Shown one piece after another: positions 26,925-39,698 of a DNA stretch of 64,000 nt (the stretch's first letter is position 1; every line of letters begins with the position of its first letter). The notes under the pieces were generated by a model. That model made no database searches. It was not told the DNA's origin and was given only the letters and a program-made list of their open reading frames with translations. The position numbers were made by a program, and so were the translations under genes. This DNA comes from Nageia nagi. Taxonomy: Eukaryota; Plantae; Pinophyta. The DNA lies in NCBI GenBank assembly GCA_050084985.1, contig JBITNC010000001.1:155434001-155498000 (forward strand). Reading direction: 5' to 3'.

Positions 26925-29900
26925 TGAGATGTCCCCCTTGTACTTTTAGTGGGACTAGTATGGTCATCTTGTACTAAATCTATTTGATGTATTTGCATTT
27001 ACCTTGTTGTAACTTAGGATGGAGTTTAATGGGTCATGTGGACCCCACTGTGAGCCCCAAGTGGGATGTCTCCCTCCTGAATAGTAGATTAGGCGTGTTT
27101 TGCATTGGAGATCCTGGATTGTGGGAATCCCAAGGTATGTTTATGCATTTGTGAGTTGGACGGCTACCAGCATGCTAGCGCCACATTAGGGAGGGCCCCA
27201 TACCCCCACATTGGCTCTTGAGGACACCAGGATCCCCACGTTGGCACTCTAAGTGCTAGGGACCCCACGTTGGCACTTTAAGTGGTCATGACCCCCACAT
27301 TGGCACTTTAAGTGATTGGGCCCCCCAAATACCCAACGTTGGATTAGATGGGCCTAGGATGACTCCTAGGTGAGCTTCGAACACGAGCAATGTATAAATA
27401 GATGTTGGAGCTTCAATATTGGACAGCTATTGATTATTATTACTTTTACTACAGACCTTCGAGCACAAGTCTTAGCGACGCTAACCAATCTATTCCTAGG
27501 CGGAGCATCTAGAGGGTAGTCAAGCAGTGGGATCCTGATTATCTATGGCATAGGTGGAGCACCTTGCCCATCCGATGGCATTTCGAGGATTTACTTCTAC
27601 CTTCGGTGGTTCACCAGGTGTCAAGGAGGGCTCCTTCAGTGGAGAGGATTTGGGATCTGAGGTAGTAGGTCTATCCCATGGTCCTACAGTTGTCCAGTGT
27701 TGAAGAGATCGGATTGTTGTGCCCTAGTTGGCTCCCAGAAGGCTAACGACTACCTATTAAGGCTTGGTATTGTAATGTATTCATTGCATATCATTTACAT
27801 ACGGCCAAAGGGCTTCGGATCTCATTTATATGTTGTGTTCTATACTTGTGCATGCGTTGGATTGCTTCTTCTTCATTGTATATGTATGAGCCAATCGTTT
27901 GCATTTTGATGTATTGATCATTGTTGTATGCTTGCAAATGCTATACATTGGCATAGAAATGTATTAGATATTGGATCTTGCATGTTATACTTAGACGTTG
28001 ATATTTTGGGTATCTGAATGTTGAATGTGAATGCCCTAACCCTAACGTTGCATGCATGTGGGTTTGATTGTATGTTTGTGGATGCCCTAGACCTGACGTT
28101 AGGGTTTGATGGTCCAGTATTGCTAGTTTGTGTTGGAATTAATTTTGGATCATCACAAGTGGTATCAGAGCTTGGATCTAGCCAGCCTACGCATGAAACC
28201 CAGAATCCACCGCTACTATACTAGATCAGGCAGGAGAGAGATGGCATCTTCTAGAAAGAGCGGCAGACCTGAGGAAGCAGCAAAGAGAGTCGTCCAGGAT
28301 GAGAAGAGATGGAAATGTATGAATGGGCCGCTAGATGAGAGGGTTTCTGGAGATGAGGGAGATGCGCAGGGGGCATAAGGAGACAGACAGAGGACGGATC
28401 AATGGAGAAACCCTACTCCAATTCGGGGATCCACTCCTGAACGAAAGTTTGATGAGCTGATATATGTTATTCACAACATGACTGGGGTCATGTCTTCTAT
28501 GCACCGACAGATGTCCAAACATTGGGGAGACTCTGAGGAGCCAGAGAAGAGCATATCACCATTACGGCATGCCAGAGATGAGCCGAGTGCACAGCGCCAT
28601 GTCCAGGATGACAGGGAGCGTCCACGACTGGCCAATGATGAGAGGGAGCACCCACGACTGGCTAGGGAAGAAAAGGAGCAGCCATATTGGGGTAGGACTA
28701 AGGAGGAGCACCCACATCTGGCCAAAGATGACCAGGACACCCCACGTCTAGCTAGGGGAGGTAGAGAGACCCCACATTTGGCTAGAGGAGGCAGAGATGA
28801 TTGGACCGAGGAGGATCGGTCTAACTGAGAGCATAGCCTGAGGAGATCGAGCAGCTTGAGGGATAAAGAATCCACCCATCATGGATCATTGGGGCAAGCA
28901 GAGGCCACATTCCTAAGATCTCACTCACACAGAGCACCCCATGGTACAAATCCTCACCTAGAAAGATTCCTGGAGGAGGATGTTGGCAGAGTAGAGAAGC
29001 AACCGATGATTCCAAAGCCATCTAGACCCATGTTTGTGCAAAAGGTATGGGAGGCTTCGAAGAGCAAGGTGCCTAGTCCATTGGAGCTGAACCAGATCTT
29101 CAAAGAGTACTCCATGTTGGATCCGGGTTAGAGGAGAGACATCAACTTCAATGGCTGTCTTGAGCTCTTGGGGTTGAAGGGTAACAGTGCACATGGCCCA
29201 CGGCATTCAGGGATTCAGTGGGAGGAGAAGAAGGATCTGCAGCACAAGACCAATAAGATGCAAGTTCCCATGTACAAGGGCAAGAAGATGACTGCTAGGG
29301 CATGGTTGCATCAATTGCAGACATACTTCACTCTAAACCCTAGCATGGTGGAGGAGGATGCGATTCACTTTGCATCATTGCATTTGGAGGGTGACGCCCT
29401 AGAGTGATGGCAGCATGGTGTGATCAACTAAGGGTACTCACTCATCACCTCATTCGATGAGTTTGCCAGGAGGTTGGCAAAGAGGTTTGACCGAAAGAAG
29501 GAGAATGACTACTTCCGAGATTTGACAGCTATGAGATAGTTAGGAGCAGTGGAAGAATTTGTGACGGAGTTCCAGAGGATAGCTGTCATGATCCATCACA
29601 TTCCGGGGGAAAGGTTGGCTTTCCTCTTCATTGAAGGATTGACAAAGCTGTTGAGAGGGATGGTCAAGGTGTCCTCTCCTAAGAGCCTTAACGATGCTAT
29701 CCGAACAACCTATGACTTGGAGCCCACTGTGAAATCCTATAGGGAAGGACCAATTACCAAGGGGTTGGCTAACCGAAAGCTGTTTGATGAAGGGCCTAGC
29801 AAGGCCAAGACACTTCCTCCATCTAGGCCAGATCAGTTGGATGCAGCGAAGGAAGCTGAGGGAAAAGAGCAAGTGCTTCTACTGCAAGAAGACTTGGGAG

Positions 29901-30335
29901 CCTAGGCACCGTTGTTTGGGGAAAGGACAAGTGCACTACATTGAGGTGTTTTCGGAGGAGTCGGAGGACTCAGACTTGGAGTTAGGAGTTGATGTAGAGG
30001 ATGCAGGGTCCCCACAAGTGGAGGGCACTCTTGGGAGCATGATTGCTTCACTCCATGGAGTGAAGAAGTACCTGACTCTGAAAATTGTGGGACAATCGGG
30101 TGGACAAGATGTGATGGTGTTGGTAGATCCTGGAGCATCCCACTACGTCATTGATGCTGATTTTGCAGAACGGACGAGCTTGAAGACCAAGGCGTTTGAG
30201 GGGTTTTGAGTTTCCAATGCCAATGGGAAACTCACCTTCGTTGATCACATTGTGGAGCGGTTTGGAGTGAGGTTGCAGAGCTATGTGGTGAGAGAGGACT
30301 TCTACATCTTCCCTTTGAAGGAGCATCCTCACATC
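26925..30335 (+). mobile_element. Chromovirus-type (Reina-like) Ty3/gypsy 5' half: LTR 26925-28157, PBS 28160-28171, decayed gag and protease
   Basis: TGAGA...TCACA followed by TGGTATCAGAGC. Gag shows ARAWLHQLQTYF...FASLHLEGDALE and CFYCKKTWEPRHRC; protease shows VLVDPGASHYVI. Truncated at 30335 by the next element. Confidence 0.9.
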
Positions 30336-33300
30336 TATTGTGCCTACACAACACCACCCCAAAAATTTTGCATTTCAAGGACCCTCAAGAAACATAAAGG
30401 AAGAAAAGATTGCATGAAATCTATCTAAAAAGATGTATACCTTTCAGAGGATGTTGGAAACATGTCTAGTTTGCATTTTCGCAGCAGTAGTGTCATTTCT
30501 CATGTACTTTTCTCCTGTCACATGTTTACCATAGAGTGCTTTTGCACCTCCTTTCAACCATGCGACCATGCAACCTTGTCTTTGTTGTTTACATCATTCA
30601 GCTTGAAGGGCTTCTGAGGGCCTCCCTTTTTGCATTTCACCCATCTTGCATGTTGTTTGTCATCATGTTGTCAAAAAATGCAGGAAAAGGGCATTTTTCA
30701 ACCTATCGCATGTTTTTGAGGGAGTCCTTTTGCACCCTCTGGAGAAGGTGCGACTAGGCTGGGTTTCATCTCATACTTAACATTTGTTTGTCCCTCTCTG
30801 ATGTCGCATGCATTCAATTGAGTCCTTTTGCACTCCTCTCAAAGGATGCGACCATTGTTTCAGACTTAGCATCATTTTTGAAGATGACGCATGCATTGGA
30901 GCGAGTCCTTTTGCACTCCTCAAGAACCATGCGACCAGGAATTTCAGACTTAGCATATTTTTGAAGCCTAAAAAGTTGTCGCATACATTTCATTAAGTCC
31001 TTTTGCACTCCTCTCAAAGGGTGCGACCAGCTTGGAGAACACTTAGCCAAATTTCGGAGCCTCAAGGCTTGTCGCAAGGATGGAGATGAGTCCTTTTGCA
31101 CTCATCCAAAACCATGCGAATAGGGAAAACAGAAGGAAATAAGCTAAGTGTTGGACGTTAGTGACAAGTGGAAGCCCATGCATTGGACCCCATCCTATGC
31201 CTATCCCATGGTGACATGTGTCCCACCTTGAAGGCTATAAAAGGGAAGTCACCCCCCTTCATTTCAGTTTGCAAAATTGGGGAGGGCCAGAGCGTGGGGA
31301 GATAGGAGAAAAAAAAAAAGCACCCCTTCTTGGACGTGCGACCAAGGACATCCTACACCTTTTTCGAAGTTTTGTTCAAAGATTTAGACCTTGGGAAGCA
31401 TGCCAAGAGCTGGGCACAAGGATTGAGCACCCGTCTAGAAGGATGCGACAAGGGTGATAAGAGCTCAAGTATGTTGGAAAATTGGCTAAATCCCCTGGTC
31501 CCACTTTCTAGTCCCACCATTCCTATCTAGTCCTTTTGCACCTCCCACCATGCATGCGACCTTGTTTGTAAACTATTGATTGGACCTCTTTGGCAAGCTG
31601 GTAAGAGACTAGATAGGAATCACCCTCTCCTTGAGCGTTTCATACCTCATTTTCATCCCTCTTCTTGGTCACATCATTTTCCATACATGCTTTAGCATCC
31701 ATCCCAAAACGTGTGACCAAGGAAGGAACATTAGAAGACATTGCACTAATTTCAAGGCATGGTCACATCATTTTTCATGCATGATCAAGCACCCACTCCG
31801 GAACGTGCAACCAAGATAAAAGGGAGATTCAGGGACATTGTACATCCAGTTAGCCTCTTTTGGCTAAGGCATTTCAAATTCACCCTTAGACCTAGAAGCA
31901 TCATTTTTTATGCATGCTTGAGGCACTCATTCAAAAACATGTGACCAACTTTTGAGTGAAGAATGTTGTTCAAAAAAGCCTAAGTGCCCCTAGGTCCAAT
32001 CGCATGCTTTCCTGGCTATGCTTCTACACTCATTCATAACTATGCGCCTAGACTAGTCAAACATCTGAAGTTGAGGAAAGAGTAGGGTAGTGTCCTCCAT
32101 GGCTTCAAGCACCAAAGTACCTTCTTTGAAGGCCAAGAAGACCTAGAGCCAGTTATTCGAGGGGCATGTGACTAAAAACTAGATGACTTGACTTTTGAGG
32201 GAGAGTTTGATAGAGTTTCAGCCGAAGAGTAGACCAGAGCTCCCCGAGGCCAAATTTAAGCGGAAATATATCTTTGTTGGTGACACTAATTGGGGTCAAT
32301 TATGACCTTGGCCTCTACAACCTCTCTCAACAAGGACCTATCTAGGGAACTTATCCACACATGCCGCTTATTCAATGCCACCATGATACCGTTTGCAGTA
32401 CCATTTCCCGACTTGTGCAGTGAAGTGGCAAAGAAGTGTGATTTCAACAAGAGAGTGCTACGGGATATGGAGGGCAATGTAATCATGGACTTCACCCCTG
32501 TTGGTATTGAAGCAGCTTTTGGCTGGAAACATTATGGAGATGACCATACATTGGTACATTCAGAGGAGTTTCATGACTCCACTTCCCCGCTTGGAGACTA
32601 TATTAGACCTTGATTGCTTGAGGAATTTCAGAACCTTCAAGGGCAAAGGTTGATCAATGCGTGAAAAGAAGAATTTCTACCAGTGGTGGCAAAATTGATC
32701 ACCTTATTATCAAGAGTAACCAGTCAAGAGAGTGATGCCAAGTACCGAAGGGAGTTCATAGGATTTATGGCTGCAATCAGTTCAGGGAGGTCCATTCGAT
32801 GGGCAAGGGTTATCAATGATGCCCTGCACTACCAGTTGTCTTTGTTTGGCTCCTCAAAGAGATTTTACATGAACTCTTACCTGGTATACCTGTTACTACA
32901 CGACAAGGTCAGATCCAAGGAGCTGGCTGATGAGAGGTAGTTGAGAGAGAAGAACACCCCCATGTGGAGGGCATACCAGCAATGGTGGTGCCAAAATAAA
33001 TTTGAGTATTTTTATCAAAAAATTGACGCTTGGGAATATGATATCTACAAGGATATCAAGGAAGATTCTGTGGTGAAGAGGGTTTATGATGCTGCTATCC
33101 AGGCTATTCGCATGCATGCAAACCTTTTTCTGCAAGACGCTGACTTCACCTACATCAAAGTTTATGGCTTGAAGGAACAACCCATGCTCCTGCCTAGATA
33201 TGTCAACGACAGGTTGGTCCTCATGGAGTTTGCTAGGCAACTCTTGTTCCTAAAGGAGAAGGTCTGGAAGAAGAAAAACACCATCATCAACTTGCCTATT

Positions 33301-34960
33301 TCTATATCTGGATATGTGTGCCAAACTTGGGTGGAGGTAACACACATGCGAGAGGAGCTACAGCAATATAACTTCTTCAGGGAAGTTGCTGCTAGGAACT
33401 ATGATCCCAAGGGGATGATTGCCCGTTTCTATGACACTGCTTTTCATCGGCCCATTCCATTTCCTCACAAGTCTTTGGGGGTTGAAGAAAGGTATAGGAA
33501 TGTGTAGGACAAAGGGGAAATTGCGCTCATCATAGCTCATTTGAGTAAAAAGAAGGCTACCCTTCAGGTAGAAAAGCCTCCTTAAAGGCCTCAAACTATC
33601 AAACCCCGATCTAAGGAGGCCACTTTGAAGATCAAATCTCCTACCCACACAACATCCTCACCAAAAGAGAAGCCCTTGCTTTCTGCAGGAAAAAGGAAAG
33701 AGGCCTCGAGAGAGCCCCTTCCAGAGCCCAACAAGCGTAGTGTGTTGGAAGCTGACCTTAAAGATGTTGGGTGTTGTGCTCTCCCTTAAGATATGCTAGA
33801 CGATGTGATAAACACAGCATGTGGGAGTGACTCTCCCATGGAAGCGATTCCTTCCAAATCGACCCATTCTCCTAGACAAAGAGGGAAAGTTCCCCCTTTA
33901 CAGCAAAGTTCTAGTAGCTCCAAGAGCTCTTCCTCTTCTTCCGATGAAGAAGCTGATGGAAACCCTAACCGACTCTGCAGAAGAGTCAGAGAGCCAGAGA
34001 AAAGAAGAAGAGGGAGGTGATGCCAACGCTGCCCATTCACCTCAACCAGAAGACATAGCCATTGGTGCTTCAGCACCTGATGAGACGGAAGTAGAAACCA
34101 TCCCGGAAGAGGAGATAGTGGATGTAGGCACTTATGATGATGACGTCCAGATACTTGGACAAAAGTGCGCTAGAGAGGTGGCTGCCTCCAAATCCTCTCC
34201 TGCCGAACCCAGGAAAAGGTCTCCCTTGCGTAAAACCTCTACTAAGAGGAATCATGATAAATCTCTCCAGCTCCAAAATACAGGCATATCTCTAGGTAGT
34301 AATGGAGGAGATGAAGAGGACGAAGGAGAGACAAAAGAACAGAAGAAGAGGAGGCAGGAAGAGCATCAAGGCAAGATGGCAGTGGTTCCAACTACCCTAG
34401 CAAAGGAGGCCAAGAAAGTTGATAAAGGAAGGTTGTTAATTTAAAGGTTTCCCCCTCGACCAGCGATAGAACATCCAGATCTTGATCTAGATGCATGCCT
34501 TAGAGCCCTCAACGTGAGTACGGCTCACGATGAAGATATAGACCAAGACTTGCGGTCTGAGGATGAGGAAGAACTTTCGGATGGGGAGAAAATTCGAAGG
34601 GTGGACACTTTTGTCTCCACCTCTCGAAAGGAGATCTCTATCAACCATTGCTACTCCAAGGAGAAGCATCCTTAGAGGGTCGAGGACTATCTTATCGAAA
34701 CTTTCAAGACAATCAAACTGGGGTTAACGGCCAGGAAACACATTGTTACCCAGAATGCTGTAGTCATGGAACAGGAAGGCTATGAAGCTAAAAGGGAAGA
34801 GAAGAAATTAAAGAAGGAGCTCATAGCCAATCGAAAAATTATAAAGGAGTTCCAAAAAATCAGCACCACTCCCTTACATTTGCAAAAACAAACTTACTTC
34901 CATGAGGGGTGAGAACTCATGAAGGAGCAGCTCAAGAATAAGATGGTGGAGACCGTCGAG
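30336..34960 (+). mobile_element. Large LTR-like segment related to 2247-7378: motif array, TATA box and long accessory gene; 3' end lost
   Basis: The start TATTGTGCCTACACAACAC matches TGTTGTGCCCGCACAACAC (2247). GTCCTTTTGCAC...TGCGAC repeats at 30530-31560. CTATAAAAG at 31235. Confidence 0.75.
32099..34960 (+). pseudogene. About 950-codon accessory protein gene (conserved N-terminal domain, Ser/acidic linker, charged coiled-coil-like tail) with several stops and frameshifts
   Basis: Consecutive ORFs at 32290, 32683, 32941, 33793 and 33821. Motif TYIKVYGLKEQPMLLPRYVNDRLVLMEFARQ is shared with 42087..43226 and 57022..57402. Confidence 0.8.
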
Positions 34961-37900
34961 AGATTGTTTTCACGCATTTACAATAGCCAAGGGCGTTGAT
35001 ATCAGGGATCTCAGAGCTCAGATTACTACTCACCTTGCCAAACACAAGAAAATAACACACAAACAGAATCTGAAACTAATGATTTTTATTTTGTTTTTCT
35101 CCACAAAAAACTCTTACTGCAAATATAACTGAAAAATAACAATATAAAGAGACAAACCACGATAACTCTACAAGTGGCAAAACACTTCTCCAATAGGCTA
35201 AGCGTCTAATTACAAGGATTGATCTGCATTTTTACTCCTTCAAACAACCTCCTGACTATCCCAAAGAGGGACATCTGGGTACTAGGACTGGTTTTAACAC
35301 TTCTAAGCTGCGAAATGGCCCTCCTAGGGCTGACATCACACCTTGCTAGTCTGATCTATCTAAATCACTACTCAAAACCCTGCTAACTTGCCCTTCAATA
35401 GGCAGATCTGCTCTTTTGCTCCAGCTATACTTCACAATATATGCCCAAATCAAACCCTAATATGGATTTGGCAGATCCAATGGGTAGATAGCTAGTTGGC
35501 CTAGCCTCCACTGGAATTGATCCAATGGGAACCCGAAACCTCTGAGAAACACTTGCAACAATTTTCGAGAGCCCAAAAATACTAAGCATTCTCCAATCCA
35601 ATTTTCCAAAACATCAGCCACACCAAATGAAGCCTTAAAACACTTTTATACCTCACATCCTATAATGAGAATAAATCTCAGCCTTAAATTTAACTATGGA
35701 GGGTTGAGATTAGATCCTATACTCATAAGATCCTATGGCTATGATATAATCTCATGTTGAGATCATTTAAAGTCACTTAAGTCACCTGGGACCCACACAA
35801 TGAAGAAATAAAAGAAATAATAATAATAATAACTTTCAAAAATATCACTTTACCAAATGTATATAATATAGCTTTGTTTTTTACACAAAAACCCTCCTAA
35901 CACCTTTACTAGCTCTACTAACCCATATACTAACAAGACTAACACATATTTTGACAATAAAACATAACAAACACTCCCAAATAACCCCTCAAGGGTAGTT
36001 GTCTCTCTCCTAGGGTTTACAATGACTCCAAAATTAAAAAAACACATTATATACAAGGCTGGAAAATATTTGAAACATTACAAGTATGCCCCTCCAGAAT
36101 TGCTTGTCCCAAGCAATGCCAATACCAACTCAATATCACCAAGTTCGAACCAATTGTAATGAACTAATTTGGCCTCAAAGAAAATCCACCATGCTTTTGT
36201 TGTGCTACTCTAACTGAAAATCCATCATACCAAGGCAGCGCCGCCTTCTCCTTAGTATCCCTAATGTCAATAGTAAACAGGAGTGCAAAGAATTTCATCA
36301 TGCCAAGGTATGATCCAAACCCTTGATGCCAAACAAGGAACCCAAAGAATAGCATGACGAACGAATGTTTCCTTAAGAGCACATTCCAAAGTTGTCTCCA
36401 AACTATCCCAAAGTTGCCCCAAAACTGTCCCAATTCTGAACAGATGCTAGAACTGACCTGTAATAGTCCCAATGTCATACATATCAGACCTGATTTAGTG
36501 AAAATCAGACCTGATTTCATTTCCCCAACCATGTCCCAAGCCTGTACTGTATCTAAACTCATTTCCCCTTCATACCCCAAATCCAAACCAACAGTAATGA
36601 TGAATATGTTCATACCAGAGCAACTGGAAAGGGGACATGAATCAACAAACTTTGGCATTTACCCAACAGTAGTCCCATCTTTTATTATACCCAAACCATA
36701 AATGCAATTCCCCAATTCATGTAGGGCAGTAAACTCTCTTCCTAACAATCTACAACTATGAACAATATCAACAAGCTCATCAATCAACTCACAATCCTCA
36801 TACAACATCCTTTCCATTGTGCCAAAACTGGGCTGAAAGTACGAGTCAAAGGCTGAAATGTGTCCTCCAAAGTATGGTTAAACCAGCCAAATGGATGCAC
36901 CATCGTAGCCCAACTCTCCCTAGTGAGATCATGGGAACAAGTCACAAATGAAACCTGCTAACTCACCAATCTTCTTCTTCACATTATGCCCAATTCTGAT
37001 TTTCCTAGGAAAAACAGTCCCATTCATCATGGAAATGTCCCCTTACACCAACTAGTACTTGTAAACTTGGCCCTCAGGCCAACCCCAGCCCAAAAAAGAA
37101 ATTCATGTGGTGTATTAGCCTTTCTCATCAAACAAAGGGAACTCAGACCCATTACTGTATGCAGTCCTTACTATCCCCAAATCAGCCTTCAAAATTGTGG
37201 CAACGGTCCTCCCTTTCTTTTTGGAAAACACAATAGTCATTATGACGTCTAACACAGCCTTTGGTGATCTAAAATCAGTCTCACAACTCATAGCAGCAGC
37301 CCTTTTCGCTAACACAGAATTTTTCCACACTTTGTCTTCAAAAATAGGCACAAATGCAACCCAAAAATGTGTAGAAAGTACAGTTCATGAAGTCTCCATT
37401 GGTGTCTTAACAACAGCCTCAAACACAGTCCAAAAAATTGGATCAAAATCAGCTCCAAGCAAGATTGAATCTGATTTGACTCCGAGATCATGTTCTTCAG
37501 CATCAGCTACCTAATGTGGCAAAGCAATTACCTCATCAACAATTTTGGATTTCAATTCCTCTTCCTCGAAAATCAGGCATCTTCTTCTATTGATATTTGT
37601 CCATCAACTTTTGCTCCAAGAACCACATCTGATTTTTTCTTGACATTTTCTTGCTTCTATTCCATTGCTAACACTTTCTCTGCAACAATGTATGATAATT
37701 CTTCATGTTGTTCGTCCAAAGTTGGACAGAGGATAGTAAGTTGTTCACTCATGCTTGTGATTTGTGGCTAAATTGCAACATTGATTTTAAATTCACTGTT
37801 TGCATCCTCTTGTACTTCACTTTTTGTGACATATTCTTCCACTGTTGATGTATTAATGATATCATTGGTCATGATATCTTCATGTTGTTTTTCAGTTTTT

Positions 37901-38241
37901 TTCCTCCTTTTGTTGCTGCCCCAATGCTATTTGTGTATATCTCAGCTCTTCAAGTGCAGATCTAAGCTCCTCATGCGCAAATCTAGGCTTTCCAAGCATA
38001 GATCTAGTTGGTTCGGATCTAGATCTCATTGTATGTGGCCTCCAATCTCTTCTTTTATCACCCTCACATGGTTTTCTTTTGGTTTACAGATTTACATATC
38101 CATCAAACCCTACTCTTTCCTAAAAACTTTTTAAAAAATCTTTTCCAAAGTGTTGTCATCTCCTTCCTAGTAACATATGTGGGATCCAACTTCTTCATTA
38201 GGGCATCCACCTCTTCAATTAGGGCATCCAATTCTGAAACT

Positions 38242-39698
38242 TTGATTAGGATTGTGTAATATATGCACCATGAACAATCTTAACCAAAGTAAATCAAGAA
38301 CAGACTATGGTGACAGTCTGATCTCCGGAGAAGGCCGGTTCCTTATACATTGGGTGTAGGAGAAGTAACGGGAAAGAAAATAAAAGGAGTAGAGTGCGAG
38401 GAATTTAAGCAAAAGGCTTAGGGTAACAAGAGAGAAAGCAAAGGTGAATCACTAGTTCAGCGCGGGCTTTCACAGAGTGTGAAACCTTGGTCTGAATCTA
38501 GTGTAGCAGCTACGGTACAAGCTCTCACTCTCTAATAGTTTCCCAGCTTTACTCTACCATATATGCAGACACAGTTATACTAACAGCTCGCAATTATCAT
38601 TCAGGAAACACGCCAAGCTGCCACAATGTAACCTAATTAAGAATAACAATTACGAGTGCTAGACAAGAAAGGTCAAGATGGTATCATATTATCGATAAAA
38701 ACTACAAGTCTTCGAGAACAAATGTAAAGAGCAATACTAGGGCTTCCGACCCTTTTTCCACTTTATTTTCATATACTTATACTGAAAAAATAACAGTTAC
38801 AAAAAATGAAAACCGAATTGTTACAAAAAACGGCCTCAAGATTCTGGCCACTTATAACTATCATCATCTATATATGCCGCTTGTCCGAATGTTACAGAAC
38901 TGAGGAGGTCATGGAAGGTAACGTTTCTCCAGAACTAAGATTCTGCCTTGCGCAGGTATCGATTCCTCTAGGACCTATTTCTTGCCAAAATATGACTATC
39001 TTTTCCCTTGCAACGTCATCATTTTATTCTGGAAAGCTTTACTTCAGGAACACTTCATTTACGGACTCCGGCTCTTTGCTTATCTCTTGCTGACCTCACC
39101 ATCTCCGGAACCCGGTCTTTACAAAAAAATGACCATCTTTTCCTCTGTGACGTCATCATTCCGCTTCGACGCGCTTTATTCACTGACTCCGGCTCTTTAA
39201 TCACTCCTTGCTGACCTCATCGCTTCCGGGTTCCGGTTTCATTCAAAAATGTGAACATTGTTTTCCCCATGACGTCATCTTCATACTTCCGAAACGCTTC
39301 ACTTTACTGGCTCCGGCTATTCAATCACTCCTTGCTGACCTCATCGCTTCCGGGATCCGGTTTCATTCAAGAATGTGAACATTGTTTTCCCTATGACGTC
39401 ATCTTCATACTTCCAGAACGCTTCACTTTACTGGCTCCGGCTATTCGACAACCCTTTTGCTGACCTCATCGCTTCCGGAATCCGGTTTCGGGTTAAGGTC
39501 CGAAATCACTGACGTCATCTCTTTTGTATCCGGGTTACTCAACATTAACTTGCGGGGCTTTCCTTCTTTCTTAATAACGTAATTACTTTCGGAAACCGGT
39601 TCTTAAAACCCATTATGATTATGCTTAGCCTACGTCACCCTCGGAAGTGATCATACTTTCAGAAGAACCTTGGAGTGATGATTATGTATTGATATACA
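38242..39698 (-). repeat. 3' LTR of the Tat element, with about 120-bp U3 repeats
   Basis: Direct repeat of 51340-52776. Ends ...GATATACA at 39698. The terminal TG at the left end is missing. Confidence 0.95.
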
